Notes: generated by a model from the sequence alone, not told the origin. Positions 25,134-38,502 are shown, numbered from the stretch's first letter. The stretch is DNA of 64,000 nucleotides from Anthoceros angustus (GCA_010909165.1 MU008170.1:310001-374000); one strand, 5' to 3'. Numbers and translations: made by a program.

Positions 25134-26450
25134 ATGGCGCCCAAGACCACAGCTGAAATTGTGACCGCTCAGTGGCCAAACATGGATCATTGGAGGGTCC
25201 GAGCTGGGAATTTGGTGACCGAGCTGGAGCTTGGCTTCATGGAGAAGCGCTGGAATTATGTCAACATGGGATTGGTGCAGGAGTGCGCACGCCATCTGAA
25301 GGACAGGCAACCAGGCGAAGGAATTAGAGCGAAGCCCAGGATTGGGACCTGGATTTGGTCAGGGAAGTGTATGAGCGTAGCAAGGAGGAGGCCGGTGGTT
25401 TGGTAATCGAGTCTTCACGGAAGAGGAGCATAGGCAGTGGGCCCCGTCAAGACGAGGAACCCAATGGCTGGTTGACCCGAGAATTGGTATCCGCACAGCT
25501 GATGGGTCTGGCCAGATGGCTCCTTTGCTTTCTACAGCATAAAAAGCAGGACTATTTATCTGATCATTTGCTGTTGTTTCTCCATGAAGTTGTCAAGGGG
25601 GCGAGGATCGATTGGGGGCGAATCCTCTTTGACAAGTTATGTGAGGAGAGGTTGAATTTGATCTCCTCTTCCCCTCGTCCCTATCTAATTACGCCCTTTT
25701 TGGTTCATATGTATGCGCACGCTAACTGTCTGCCGGAGGTAGAAATTGTGGCCTCCCTTGACATGTGGAAGCCGGGTAGGGAGGTGAAGTGGAAAGCGGA
25801 GGAGCCCAAGGAAGAAGTAGAGGAGGAATCGGACAGCTGGGAGTCCGTGGCGATGGGCAGTTCAGAAGAAGAGAAAGAAATTCCCACCAGCAAGAAGAGA
25901 AAGACCGGGGAGGCAAAGTGACCTCAATGAAGGCAAGAGTGGACGCGCACTGTGTCGAAGAGGCAAGGCCATGAGAAGGCGAAGAAAATGAAGGCCAAAT
26001 GGGAGATTGAGGTGGAGGAAGAGGCGCTCCGAGGAAGACAATTTTGCCGACCGGATGCGATGACGAACCAACCCCGGGAATTAGGGCCGACTCAAGCGGA
26101 CCTCCTCGTGGATGGGAAGAGATTTTCAAGGGAACTCCACCGCGCAGAGGTGGACGCAGACTGATTAGGGTGCGCACCTGCCGGGAAGAAAGGTGCTCGA
26201 GGGATGGCGCCCGCACGGGCCGCCAATGTGGATTTGCGTGAGCCGACCACGCCAATGATCCGGGCCCAAGCGGATTTGTTGGACCAAGCATTGGCGCTCA
26301 CATGGCTCTGTGCAAGGGCATGGAGGAAGTGGTGAAGGCCGACGATTTAAAGAGGAGAGGCCAAGCGCAAGCGGAGGAAGACAAGCGGCCTAGAGGAAAT
26401 GAGGGCCAAGGTTCGGGAGGATTTGAGGGGCCTGTGGAGAAGTTGTGCCA
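25134..26450 (+). mobile_element. Frameshifted TE-associated ORF (retrotransposon accessory/PMD-like plus coiled-coil)
   Basis: ORFs 25134-25406 and 25355-25921 (IDWGRILFDKL..YLITPFLVHMY) followed by E/K-rich coiled-coil fragments. No introns, many indels and an ambiguous base at 26462. Confidence 0.4.
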
Positions 26451-27371
26451 TGACGGGTCAGNGGGGAAATAGGATGGTAGGCGATTAGGGTATCTGGCTG
26501 CTCATTTCGAATAGGGGTGTAATAAAGGCGCCGCCTTGATGATATAAGGATTTGCTCTAGTAAAGCATCTTTCTCTTGGTGATTGATGCAGCGTTCTTGC
26601 AGACCTTTGTGAGTCTTCTTGCTAACGTGAGTCTGAGTCAGCGAGCCGGCACTCGGGAGATTGATCAAGGTCCGGTGCGGACTTAGCAGCGTTGTGGTGT
26701 GTGCGGGGAAGGGTGGCGGTGACGTGCTCGTCCGGGAGCGGCGACGGCAGGCAATTTGGGCGTGGAGGAGGAACTCGGGAGGCGTGTAGAGCACAGGCGG
26801 AGAGGCGGCGGCAGCGGAGGTCGGGCTGTAACCAGCGTCTTTTCTAAGGCGAGTGTAGCGTGAGGAGAGAGAAAAGGGATCGTGAGGATGGATGTGAGCA
26901 ATCTGAGGCCTTGAGCTAAACGTTTAGCCACATAGCTGTCACGGTGAGTTGTGAGTAGTTAGGAGTATGTGTGTGTTGAGGGTGAGCAGAAGCTGGGGCC
27001 GGTAGAATCACACAGTGATAGCCTATCATTCCCTTGACGGACTTCTTCCCTACAACGACACGGATTGTGCGCCTTGGTACTGTCGAAAAATCGCGCCAAC
27101 TTGTTTCATGAACATTGCCTAGGGGTTGACTTTAGGTTAGCTGTGGTTTGTACCCTAGATGTGTTGTGTAGGTGCAGGACAACCATGATGGCTCACACGA
27201 AGGGTGCTGAGTCCGCAGGAATCATGAGAAGGAGAAGGACCAACTGCCGCCCAAATCCGAGCGTGAAGATGGCAATGGGCGCTGAGCAAAAGGGGGAGAG
27301 GGCGCACATTGTGGTTGTTGTTGAAGTCGCGCCAGGAAGCACTGTGAATGAAACGGAACCTCGCAATTTTC

Positions 27372-27571
27372 AGTTAGAATTGCATGCGGAAGCGTCTTAA
27401 GCAAAGATGCTATATTAACAATGAATCAAGTGTGTTCATAGGTGGGCTTTTATAGGTGGTCTCGTAAATTGTGTCCTTTAGCTAGCCTAGCTAACTACCT
27501 ATACTAACGCCAGGTCTAGGTGACTAACCATATTGGTACGGAACCAGCGTGGTATGCTATTATTTCTAACT
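27372..27571 (-). repeat. 3' LTR of the copia element
   Basis: AGTTAGAATTGCATGC...CTATTATTTCTAACT, a direct repeat of 33593-33785. Confidence 0.92.
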
Positions 27572-27839
27572 CTCCTCTCGGACACGTTCTTAGAGCTCCG
27601 ACTAAGAAAGGAGGTCACTACTAAAAGCGCCAGAAGGCTACCATCTTGGCTCGGTGTCACATCTTCTAGTCGCCTTGTGAGTCTGTCGTGACAACTCCAG
27701 AAGAGCACCGATCATGACCGAGGCGAAGCAAGTCTTCAACTTAAGTTATCTTCGTAGATGGAACAAACATGGAAAGCCTCACCAAATGAGTGATTTGTCT
27801 AGCGTCACATAGCTACTACAATCTACAAGTCCGAGCCCT

Positions 27840-30800
27840 TCTCTTATGCAGTGTTTAAAGCAGAGACTTATTGAACATCGGTGTATTATCATCTGTTGAC
27901 ACATCTTGTATCTTCACTAAGCCCTCTCGGCATCTCTAACATAATGATGTTGAATCTCAATGTGCTTAGTGCGGGCGTGAAACACAGGGTTAGAAACCAG
28001 GGCGATGGCTGACATATTATCACAGTTAATAAGCGTAGGTCCTGCTTGTTGCATACCCAAGTCTTCGCATAACTTCCTTTCCCACTCTGCCTCCTTAGTG
28101 GCTTCTGTGAGAGCTTTGTACTCCGACTCCGTGGAAGATAAAGATATTGAGGCTTGTTTCCTACAAGACCAATTTACAATGGGCGGCGAGGAAGCAATAA
28201 GCCGATAGACTCTTTGGTGTATGCAGGAAGCCCAATGCATCGACATAGCAAGTCAATTGTAGACTCCTTTTGCCACTAGGCTTGGCGAGACCATAGTTAG
28301 AAGTACCCGCAGAGTCTTTAAGTGCCGGTGATCCCTTCACGGGTTCTCGGAGAATTGGGCATGCATTATGATATTAGATATATACGGTCTTGTCCGGTTG
28401 CTAGAAACACATGAGAGTGCCAACCGCCATACGATAAGGTACACTCTCCATTTCCTTTTCTCTTGATCTTGGACAAGAAGATGAGGAGAGCTTAACACCA
28501 CAGGTGGTAGCTGCTCGCATTCTCCAAGTTGAACCTCTTGAGCATCCGGCTACATATCTACCTTGATGAAGGTAGATAGCTCGAGTGGATCTAGCTTTGT
28601 GTACGTGCATTCCAAGAATGTATTTAACTTGACCGGATCTTTCATTTCAAACTCCTTGCCGAGATCAGCCTTGATCTGGTTAACCAACTCCACATTGTTA
28701 CCGGGGATAACTAAGTCATCCACGTATAACGCTATCAAAACAAGTGAGCTGTCCTTTGTAGCACATACTGAGTTAGTATCTGCTTCGCTTTGCACGCCAA
28801 TCTTCTTAAGATAAGAGTCAATTCTCTTGTACCACGGTCGAGGACTTTGTTTGAGCCCATAAATAGAGCGAAGAGTTTACACACCTTGTGCGGGAATCTC
28901 TTATCCTCATAATCCTCAGGTTGATCCATGTAGATCTCTTCTTCCAAGTGACCATAGAGGAAAGCTGTACAAACGTCCAGCTGATAGATGTCCAAGTTAA
29001 GTTCAGCACATAAAGCAAGGAGCATCCTTATCGAAGCTGCTTTGACGACAGGTGAGTAGACTTGATCGCCTTGATAGTCGACTCCCTCTTTCTGACTATA
29101 GCCCTTGGCCACTAGCCTCGCTTTATAACGTATGCGGGGCTCAACCTCTTGAAACTTTGTTTTGAGTACCCACTTGCACTTGACAGTAGTCCTTCACGGG
29201 GTAGATCCACTAGCAGTGTTATTCTTGACTAAAGAGTTATACTCATCGTCAACAGCCATTCCACTTGTTAGACTCGGGTCTAGCATATGCTTCTTGAAGT
29301 GTGAGAGGATCTCCCTCCGAAACATGTAACTCATAGCAAGAGAATAGGCGGTGGATCAAGATCGTATAACCACTTGATTGAACTCCAAGTCAAATGGCTT
29401 CTCATTCGGAGGTGTCTTGGTAGTCTCTACGTGGGGTACCTCGCTCGGGAACAACGACTTGGTCTCGGGGTGATGGAGGCGGTAAAGGAATGTCTGGGCC
29501 GCTCCGGCATGTATATCCCCAAATCCAGAGGCAACGTCCTTGTGCATCATCCATGGGCCGATCATATTCCCCTCTCGGCGACCGGAAGAACCGCTTGAGG
29601 TAAAGGAGCCATGGCGAGGCGAAAGCACCCGGGGAAAAGGCAGGCTTAAATCAAAGTGAGCAGAAATGTCGTCGATGGGCGGACTATTGGGGATAGAAAC
29701 GCATCATCATCCTCATCCAAAAGCGGACGGAGAGAATGCTAGCCTCGTCGAAAAGCGGTCAGAGCATAAGCAGGAGTCCGAGTAGCCACGTCAATCAACA
29801 TGCGCCTTGCGATCCTCACCATAACCACAAACACGACGGGGAAAGCTTATCACGGAGGAGAGGGACATAGGCATAGCGGGAGAGCCAAGGCGCAAATGGG
29901 TGATCAAGCTTGTACCCATGCCGACTCGAAAGGAGTACGGCCAACAACGGACTTAGTGACCTTTTATTCTTGATGTCTTTGCCGTGTCAGGCGCCTCAAA
30001 AAACTTAGGCAAGCGAGGCGGGCTAACATAGCTCGCGCCATGCCATGAGATCGCCATTGGCCTTCTCGGCCGCGCCATTAGGCGAGTGTAGGAGCGTTTG
30101 TCTCAAGATCCCACGCTCCTCCACGGTAGTCTTTGAGCGATGGTTGTTGAGTTCTCCGCATTGTCGGATCGATGCCGTAGCTTGCATCCGGTGTGCAACT
30201 CGGCCATAGAAACAAAAGGTGAGAACACGACAAAGGTCACTCTTGAGACGGATGCATAAAGAGTAGCGGGAATAATCATCCACTATCGTCATAAAATGGC
30301 GTGCTCCGCCTAAAGAAGTGAGGAGAGGTCCACACAAGTCTCGTGAACTAACTCCAAAATGAGAAGCCCTATGAGGAAGACGGAGTAGGAGAGCTCCATG
30401 GCGAGCACACACGCTTCACAAAGAGGTGGTGTCTTGGCCAAGGAGGCAACTTATCTCGATACAAGTCCTGCTGAGTCATGGCAAGAGCTTGGCGAGATTG
30501 AGGTGCCCAAGTCGGCCGGTGCCAAAGTAGGGCATTCCCCGGATGGAGGGCCGGTGGTGAGACAACCTTAGAAGATGCTACCACTCAGAAGTGTAGTGTA
30601 CGGGTGCCGGTGAAGATGTAGAGATCATCGCTGCCCTCAACTTGCCTTTGGGAGGAGCGATAGAGAAAACAATCCTCACGTCCAAACTCCGGAAAAGCTC
30701 CATCTAGCGAAGTTGGAGCGAAATCAAATTCTTAGCCATCTGCGGACGTGGAGCACACTATTTAGCACAAGGAGGAACCATCCTCCGGTGTAGAATGTCA

Positions 30801-31824
30801 CGAACCAACTCCAGCAATAGCAAGGCGGAGTCGCCATGTGACAAAAGCGTTGAGTGTCGATTGTGGTGTAAGTAAACATGTGAGCTGCGAGATATGGGCG
30901 TTAGCGCGAGTCCGGCAACGAGAGGTCACGAACTCGCTACCAAGCACAGTTAAAGCAATCTCGACTTGGTTCTTGGCCTTGAGGCAATAGGTATATTAGT
31001 CTTGATCTCACGCTTGGCCTCACCGGCTGCTTCTTCCTGCACTCGCGCTCCCGGTGGCGGGTGGGACACCAATTACCGTCCTTGGCGTTTTGAGCTTGGA
31101 GGAGGAAGGAGGCGCCTTTGATGGCGGAGTTGTTGTTTCTCGGGGTTATTCCTCTCTTACATTGATTTTGTGACCGTCCTCGAGTCACAAACATCGCTCT
31201 CCACCATGTTTAGATGTGCCGGGTTGAGCGGGATGCCTCCTCGAAGGAGTGCGCCAGGCCTCGGACACGCTTAGGGTGGATTGTCCACCGGCCATGCCGT
31301 TGTGAAGTCCGGACCGGTGGTTTTGGGAAGAGGAGACGGATAACTAAGCCGGAAGGCTAACTGGCGGCAGCGACATCAAATTCGGACATTGTAGTCCAGT
31401 GCAGCCAATTGTGCAGGTACAGAATCGGCTCACGTGATGGGCAATACTATCACCTTGTTGCATCCGAAGAGTGTAAAACTCTTGTCGGACGGTGACCAAG
31501 GTCATCACATTCGTTGTTGATAGATGTCATTGATCGCTTCGCCTCTGCTGAAGTACGTCGTGTGTGATGCAAGGTGGTTTCGAAGGCGAAACCAGGCATT
31601 TGCATACGATCCAACTTGAGCCACGCGATCGGAGGTGCGGTAGGCTTTGAAAACACCTCCACCGTGGGAGAAGATCGCGTGTTGAGCCGTCTTCATCCGT
31701 CGAGACCAAAATCTCATATTTGGTCCCGCGTTGAACCTATCTCTCTTTGAAGTCGAGAGGCGTTCATAACATTACAGGAGCCGAGATGGCGGAGGTGGCG
31801 GTGGGGGTGGAGTGCCTCCGGCAT
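27840..31824 (-). pseudogene. Copia gag-pol polyprotein, fragmented by many indels
   Basis: gag (FWSRRMKT, ~31700), zinc knuckle (HRERECRKK, ~31050), GAG-pre-integrase (LLWHR, ~30530), integrase (DLCGP..SLGGARHFMTIVDDYSRY), RT (KARLVAKGYSQKEGVDY, QLDVCTAFLYG, LYVDDL) and RNase H (SSTESEYKA, CDNMSAI, RTKHIEIQHHYVR). Confidence 0.9.
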
Positions 31825-32102
31825 GGTCAAATCCTTGGCTCCACAATTGTGTAAGCAAGCGTGTTGTGACACAAGGCTCGAGAAAACACAAGTGTAGTGT
31901 GAGCAAAAATTTTCCGAGGAGAGTTCAAAGCAAACACACTCACAGCACCTACTGCGCATCACCGGATCACATGCTCCAAAATTGTTTTCCGGGCACTCGC
32001 CCTATCAAAGCTTGGACTCAATAGCAGTTTCCATTCACAAGATTAGTCGATGTGGGTGATCGGCCAAAGATTTTGATAATGGAGAGGCGTTGCTGTGCGG
32101 TC

Positions 32103-33085
32103 TTACTTGGGCCTCGTTGTACTTGAACTCCTTGTGGCGGCTTCCAAAGTCTCAGCGGAGAGGGATCTTGGTTCCTCCCTTATGACGGTGTATTGACGAT
32201 GTCCTGTTGAAATCGTGTGTAGGAGGCACACATAGCCAAGAGCCGTCGTGAGAAGGATCGCCACCAAAATCGCCACTAATTTACATTGGAAGAGAGCCCG
32301 AAAAACAATTAGCGAAAGCAGGCCGTGCCCGTTGGAGGTGGCCCGGGGTCACGCTTGATTCGCCGGGCCCGTTGAACGCACGACGGGTGGCAGCCCGTCG
32401 GCGCCTTTGACGGGCGCCCAATTTAAGACCGCCGAGCGGCCCGGCCCGGTTGCCCAACAAGTTGAGCCAACTTGTGGGGCGACCGCTCGGCGGCGGACCG
32501 CTGGCTGTGGCCGCGACTCCACAGCAGCGCCGGTGTGCCGCGCGCGTCTCCTGCGGAGTGCGCTCCACGACCTCAAAATCACTTTGTTGGTTGGGCCACC
32601 TCAATCTCGACTCGATGGGGCGCGCCGTCGGGGGCTGATTGAATCGGCGCCTCTCCCCTCTCGATTGCTGGATGGGAAACTCGGTGACGATCAAATCGTC
32701 GTCTCCCCAAGCGAAATTTCAGAATTGAGGCCGTCGGACAAATCCTTCGAGAGACGTGCTTGCTTCTTGGCTTGAGGATGTCCAAGGTGAGGAATTGGGA
32801 ATCGGGTGAAAACCAATGCTGCATCTTTCCCGCAATCTCCTTTGTTGGCGATTGTGATGACTTGGCGATTGATTGGATCCCAATTCCACGGCGATTGTAG
32901 GCCGCGCATCGTGGGAGTCCACCCTCTTATCCAAAGCTTGGATCAAAGCATCCGAAGTTGTCGCCCAAGGATTGATAGTAGCGAGGTGCATTCGCCATCC
33001 GAATCCCGTGAATTCCTTCGTTGAATTGATCGCCCTTGAGCACGCTCCACAAATCGCCGAGAATGAGCGGCGTTCGATTTGCCAT
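32103..33085 (-). other. Extra, unrecognised coding-like region between PBS and gag inside the copia element (frameshifted; hydrophobic segment near C-terminus)
   Basis: Successive minus-strand reading segments MANRTPLILGDLWSVLKG..., MRGLQSPWNWDPINRQVITIANKG..., IVTEFPIQQSRGERRRFNQ..., then LLSLIVFRALFQCKLVAILVAILLTTALGYVCLL...PK*. Confidence 0.45.
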
Positions 33086-33592
33086 GTTGGTGTGTAGAAG
33101 CAAGGCTTGCTTGAATTGGAGGAGGTAAAGCTTAGAAGAGCAATGTGTATGAAGGAGCAAGGCTGAATGCCTTCCCCTAAACACAAAGCCATGCTTATAA
33201 ACCTATGTAGAGCACCCTATCAAATCTCCTCTCTTTAAAAAAAAAAAAAAAAGAGATAAATATGATAAAAATAGAAACATGCTTTTCTATTTTTTTTCAT
33301 TTCTTCTAAAGGAAAAAAATTGTAGGACACTAAATCTAATCCTATAAGAATAGAGAGTCTAGATTTAGTGTAAGACATGGGTGAATTGACTACGATTGTA
33401 TGAAAGCGGCAAAGACATTGTCGTAACTTCCAATGGTGGTCTTGTCATTCCAATATGCTATCAGAGCTATCTAGTGCTTCTATCCATGAGCGAGCACGTA
33501 GAGCTTCATCGTCCATTGCTCACCTAGATAGTGACACATTAATCTAGCCATTGGATCTAGAGACCATGGTAAGAGCCCGTGGCTCGATACCA

Positions 33593-33785
33593 AGTTAGAA
33601 TTGCATGCAGGCGTCTTAAGCAAAGATGCTATATTAACAATGAATCAAGTGTGTTCATAGGTGGGCTTTTATGGGGTGGTCTCGTAAAGGGGTGTGTCCT
33701 TCGCTAGCCTAGCTTCTACCTATTGCCGGTCTGGTGACTAACCATATTGGTACAGAACCAACGTGGTCTGCTATTATTTCTAACT
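33593..33785 (-). repeat. 5' LTR of the copia element
   Basis: AGTTAGAATTGCATGC...CTATTATTTCTAACT, followed on the minus strand by the PBS. Confidence 0.92.
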
Positions 33786-33790
33786 TTTTC

Positions 33791-35200
33791 TTGACTCTGA
33801 GATTGTGAAATGCGCTGATGTTTCTCTTGTGATTGCGCCTGTGGATGTGATCTATGGCGTGTGTGCGCGATTTACAGACCGCCAGCCTCACGCGATCGTG
33901 AGGCCCCTCATTTTCTATCGGCAGCATTGCTGCCCAACAACATGTCTATTGTCTTCACTTCAACAACCACTTGAATGAGTGTTGGAAGGAGGCGTTGATC
34001 ACCGGATCAACCAAAGGCGTTGTCCGTGGTCTGGGTCGTGATTGCGCTTGCAGATCTGGAGCACCCAGCGGGTTCTGAAGCAGCGTGAGACAGAGGGCGT
34101 GCAGTGCAATGACGGCCTCGGCATTCAACATTGGGCAACTTGCGCGCTCTGACGAGATAGTCACCTTTGATTTTCAATTTCTTGTGGACAGCCTTGCAAC
34201 TACAACGGGGCATTCATTCTGATTACATGGTTGGCATTGTGAAGTGAGATTGCTGGACGTGCCAGACATTTAGAGCCAGGCTGCAGATTTGGAGGCTCAC
34301 AACCCTTTCCAGCATTCAATTTCTAGGGCTGGCCAGGGATCCATCCTGGTCATTTTGTGGATTCTTTGACAGCAAATCTATGACACTAGGCCAGGCTAAG
34401 CAGGCATTGCCCTGGACAGCTCCTTAGCCAGCACATTAAGCATAGATTGCAGCTAGATGTTTCTTTTTTTTTTTAAGATTTGCCTCCTTCAGATTTGCAA
34501 ATCTGTGAACTCATAGCTCTTTTTTAGCCTTCAATCTCTAGGGTGCAGCTAGGTATCTTGGCTTAGCAACAGATCCAAGAGAACAAGTACATTGTCAGCA
34601 GACAGATATGGTTTGGGAGAGGAGCAGGCATTCACATTGTATGGCCAGCCTAGAACAAATGCTTATTGCTGTGATTTTTGATTTCTGCAGCCCTATTTGA
34701 GGGACTGACCAATTCATGGGAGTCTGGTCCTGTCAGCAGCAGCAAGAACACGGATCTTTGGCAAAGATAGGCAGGGCATCATCTCCTGAATTTGATTTTC
34801 AGCCAGGTCCTTTCTACGACTGCTGTCCTTTTCAATTTCTCTGGGACAATCGAGCCTGGAGTTGTTGGACAACAATTTCAACTTGTAGCGGCATTGTGGA
34901 ATCTCAGGTAGGAGCAGGCCTTCTTTGCATCAGCCAATCGCTAGGTTCAGCTGGGACTAATTCCCTTCACGGAGACTGGCTTGGCTGGGCAGTGATTCCA
35001 TTCCTTTTTGCTGACCAAGTTTGCATGGGGACATGCAACCTGGTGAACATGGGACCAGTCCTCGCTATCGGTTGAGATCCTGAAGTGTTCAAGGGCAATT
35101 ACCTCGCCTGAGCGTGCATACGCACGAAGAAGGCAAGCGGTGGAGGCAGCACAATTTCGAGGGGCGTGGGGCCAACATTGAGCAGATGATCTCCTCATTT
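33791..35200 (-). mobile_element. Highly degenerate L1-type LINE 3' remnant, interrupted by the copia insertion (continues at ~27222-27366)
   Basis: Weak motifs LLRAYARSGEVI (post-RT), IVVQQLQARLS, and KAVHKKLKIKGDYL..ECRG.HC...LSH (zf-RVT-like). The reading frame continues across the copia TSD when the element is removed. Confidence 0.35.
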
Positions 35201-37132
35201 GAACTAGCAATCAGCTGGTCTCCCTTCACTGATTTCGCATCAACTGTGATAGCGGATTCTGAAGGAGAGGAGGTGCCGTAATGCTCGCTATTTCAGGTAG
35301 TCGAGGTTTATCCATTCTTGAGACGATCGACATTCGACCATACTTGGAAGCAGTCCCAAGGCATTCTAGCAGGGGCAGTCCAAGCCTTGGGGACAATCCC
35401 ATAAGCGGCCGTGGCATCGGCCTCAAGCGCAGGATGCCGGGCAGATCCGATCCAACTCCATTTGGACCAGGATCAATCTGAGGATTTACACATTATGGAG
35501 GGAGGAGGACCTCTTCCGAAGGCAGCGCTTTAGGAAGGCCGGGTGACTTCAAAACATTTGTCATGACATGATCAGTGAGTGAAGTTCAAGTATGGAATGG
35601 TGTATAATCAATGGTACATGTTCGAGCAGCTATTTGGCTACTTGACAGATGAAGCGCTGGATTTGTGTGAGGTCCACCGGTCAAAGTTGTTGTCCACAAT
35701 GACCACTCCTAACCGATTTTTTAGAATGCATTACGGTGGCCTACAATGCTAAGTTGGCCATATGATCATTGCCCATCAAGTGGGATCGGATGGCAGCCCC
35801 GAGCAGCCACCCACACTCACTAGCTTGACTGGAGAGTGGCTCGTGGGAAAGGATGAGTGTTAGTGAAAATTGGGAATTGGGTGTCCAGTATGTACATCCC
35901 GGGACAACTCCACCGATCCATTTATGAGTGAGGACTACCATGTCCCATAGGGGGGGTCCGACCGTTAAGGCTAAAAATTTCATATCCCATAATTTGGGGA
36001 CAGTTACAGCGATCTCGGTGTGGGGGCCGCCATGTCCCATGGTGGGGCACGATTGCGATCTCGGCTATGGGGCGCCATGTCCCATGGGGCCAGTCTGGCG
36101 ATCCGGCTTAACATGCCATATCCATGATTGGGGCGACCTTGGCGAAGTCATTCCCTCTGTTTCTTGCCCATATCTTGTAGTCCGGAATTCTTTGTAGCCT
36201 AAATGGGGCAAAAGTTTCGAGAGTCCCGAGTATGGATCCGCCACAAGGGGTCCATTGCAAAGAGTGAAATTAGTTGGGAGAGCATCTGCTCCTAGAGGAG
36301 ATTCCTTGCGCAATAGCCAGGAATCATGGATTTTGGTGAAGCTTCCTTGGCCAGCCCGGTTTGCGCTAGCTGGGAGTCTGTAAATCACACCTTGGTGCCA
36401 CAGAGGGAGACACACAATGAGCAAAACACGCTAATCTACACAGTTTGATTCAAGGATTGTGCAAAGGTCACAAGGTGCTTTGGTCCCTAACAGTTGCGCG
36501 CTCCAGGCACGATTTCGAATACTGAAACCCTCATATCCTCGCCTCACGGTCCTCATCCTCGCGCTCGCCATCATCTCCACGATCCGCCCAGCTCGATTTC
36601 TAGCTGCTATTTGCGCCATGATGTAGCAGCAGCTCATGCGCTTGGTGCCTCTTCTCCCACGTTGAACACGCACAACGCTTCGGGCCTTTACTTGGCCCGT
36701 TTCACACCTATAGCTAGCAGCTATTTCTAACCTAGCCGTCTATTTATAGGGCCATATTCCTTGGTCCTTGAAAAATAATAAAGGAAACTAACCCTTGAGT
36801 TATGGACCAATCAGAAAAAAAAAAGAATATTTCTCTATGTCCTTGGTTAGCGAACATATCTAAACTAATTTACGTGGATATATCAGTAGCCGGCAGCGCG
36901 TAGATACAGTCGACGGATGTGCATATAGAGACGATGCATCAACAACGGGACACGAGTGATAGTCAGGACCCAAAATCGGAATGCAATAAGAGATTAATAG
37001 ACGAGACCCTGAGAAGCAGGGCAGCTTGCATATCCTTACAATTTTGCGTATCCTTACAAACATGGTCAGAGAGTCTGTCCCACTAATTGAATTACTGCAT
37101 CCTAGCTAGAGCATGTCACAGGGGACTTGAAC

Positions 37133-38502
37133 TCAAAGCCTCAAATTCGGCATGGGTTGGAAAACGTTCCCAAAGTGAGCGGTACTCCGGAAAACCTTTA
37201 GCCAAGACCGTCCAAACATGTCGTAAGCAACCGCACAATCCACTTTTTTGTCGGTCTCAATAGGTGGCAACCCAAACTCAAAAAAGAAAACCACAAGATC
37301 CCCAGAAACGTACACACTCATCAACATCAAAATCTCTGTGTTTGGATCTGGCGGTGGCAGAATGTCAGGTGGGCAACCGCCGGCAATCTCCACCCACGCC
37401 TTCCCGGAATCGTCCAACATCCAGATACCAGAGCTGCAGCTGCAGCACAAGAGCCTTCCACGGTGCCCTGCCAGACAATACTCGCTCCTCGTATCCAATC
37501 CCAAGGTCTGATCCTTCACGGCAACGGGCAAGGCCAGATTCCACAGATACCGTGGACCCTTCTCTGTGCTAAGCCGGACCAGACGTGGGGGATTGCCCCA
37601 CACCATCTTGTACAAGTCTCCATTGCAAGCCACAGTCGGCCCACCAATTATCTCGTTAAGTGGGCAACCTGAGTAGCCCTTCCACTCACCACTGATGCTG
37701 CTGTACACGGCGAAGTCCACGAACACACCACCAAGGCTGTGACTGCAGGCGGGACCTGCGTCTAACCCATCGACATAAAGCTTGAAGCGGCACGTTGCCG
37801 ATCACTCTGCTCCCGTCATCAAGACCTCTCCAGCACACCACAGATTCTCAAGCACGGGCAAAACTCTGAAGCTCTGGTTCCATGGATTGAACACGCAGAA
37901 AAGCATCCCCTCGGCCACGGAACGGCTTATCCACAACAAACCATTCTGTGAACACGTGTGAAGTTGCGTCGACCGATGAGTAGAATGGAACACCTGTGGC
38001 AAGAAAGACAGATCCACTTTCAATGCCTGATACAGGCGCAAAATTCCAGGATTCCTCTCTAGATTTGAGGGTGGCACAAGATAGCCACACATGGCATGTG
38101 GAGTCGCGAAGTGATCGGAGAAAAGCTACGGGCAAGCATGGTCGGCGGGCAAGCCCGCCTTACACAACTCGGCTGGCTGCCACGCCCGATAAGCGGCAAT
38201 TCTTCCATGGCATCCAACGGCAATGTGTTAGACACTACACTAATAGTACTGGTGTGCACCACAGAGCCTGCTATTGCTGCGCTGGTAGAGCCGTTATCAC
38301 CGATCTCCTCCCCACACAGGTAAAGCATCAAATGGGGATCATGCTCGTTGTACTTCCTTCGCTTTTGTGTGCCCTCACTCCGTCCACCTAGCCACGACGC
38401 AGAGGACACAGGTACCTCCACGTTCTCCGCATCCTTCGGGAAAGTATCACTGCCATCCTCAACCTCCCCATTCTTAAAGTCGTGAGGAAAGACGGCCAAC
38501 AT
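37133..38502 (-). pseudogene. F-box protein with beta-propeller-like C-terminus, split into three ORFs by frameshifts (pseudogene or consensus errors)
   Basis: LPLDAMEE..LPL..LCKA F-box remnant, DLSFLP, NGLLWI, VFNPWNQSFRVLP, VYSSISGEW, CNGDLY, HRGRLL, GIWMLD..W, AYDMFGRSW..FQPMPNL*. Confidence 0.7.

Larger units (their letters stand above)
27372..33785 (-). mobile_element. Full-length Ty1/copia LTR retrotransposon (6414 bp) with non-canonical AG..CT termini
   Basis: Two ~195-bp LTRs and a TTTTC TSD at 27367-27371 and 33786-33790. PBS TGGTATCGAGCC (tRNA-iMet-like) abuts the 5' LTR and PPT GAGAGGAG abuts the 3' LTR. Domain order is gag-PR-INT-RT-RH. Confidence 0.93.
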
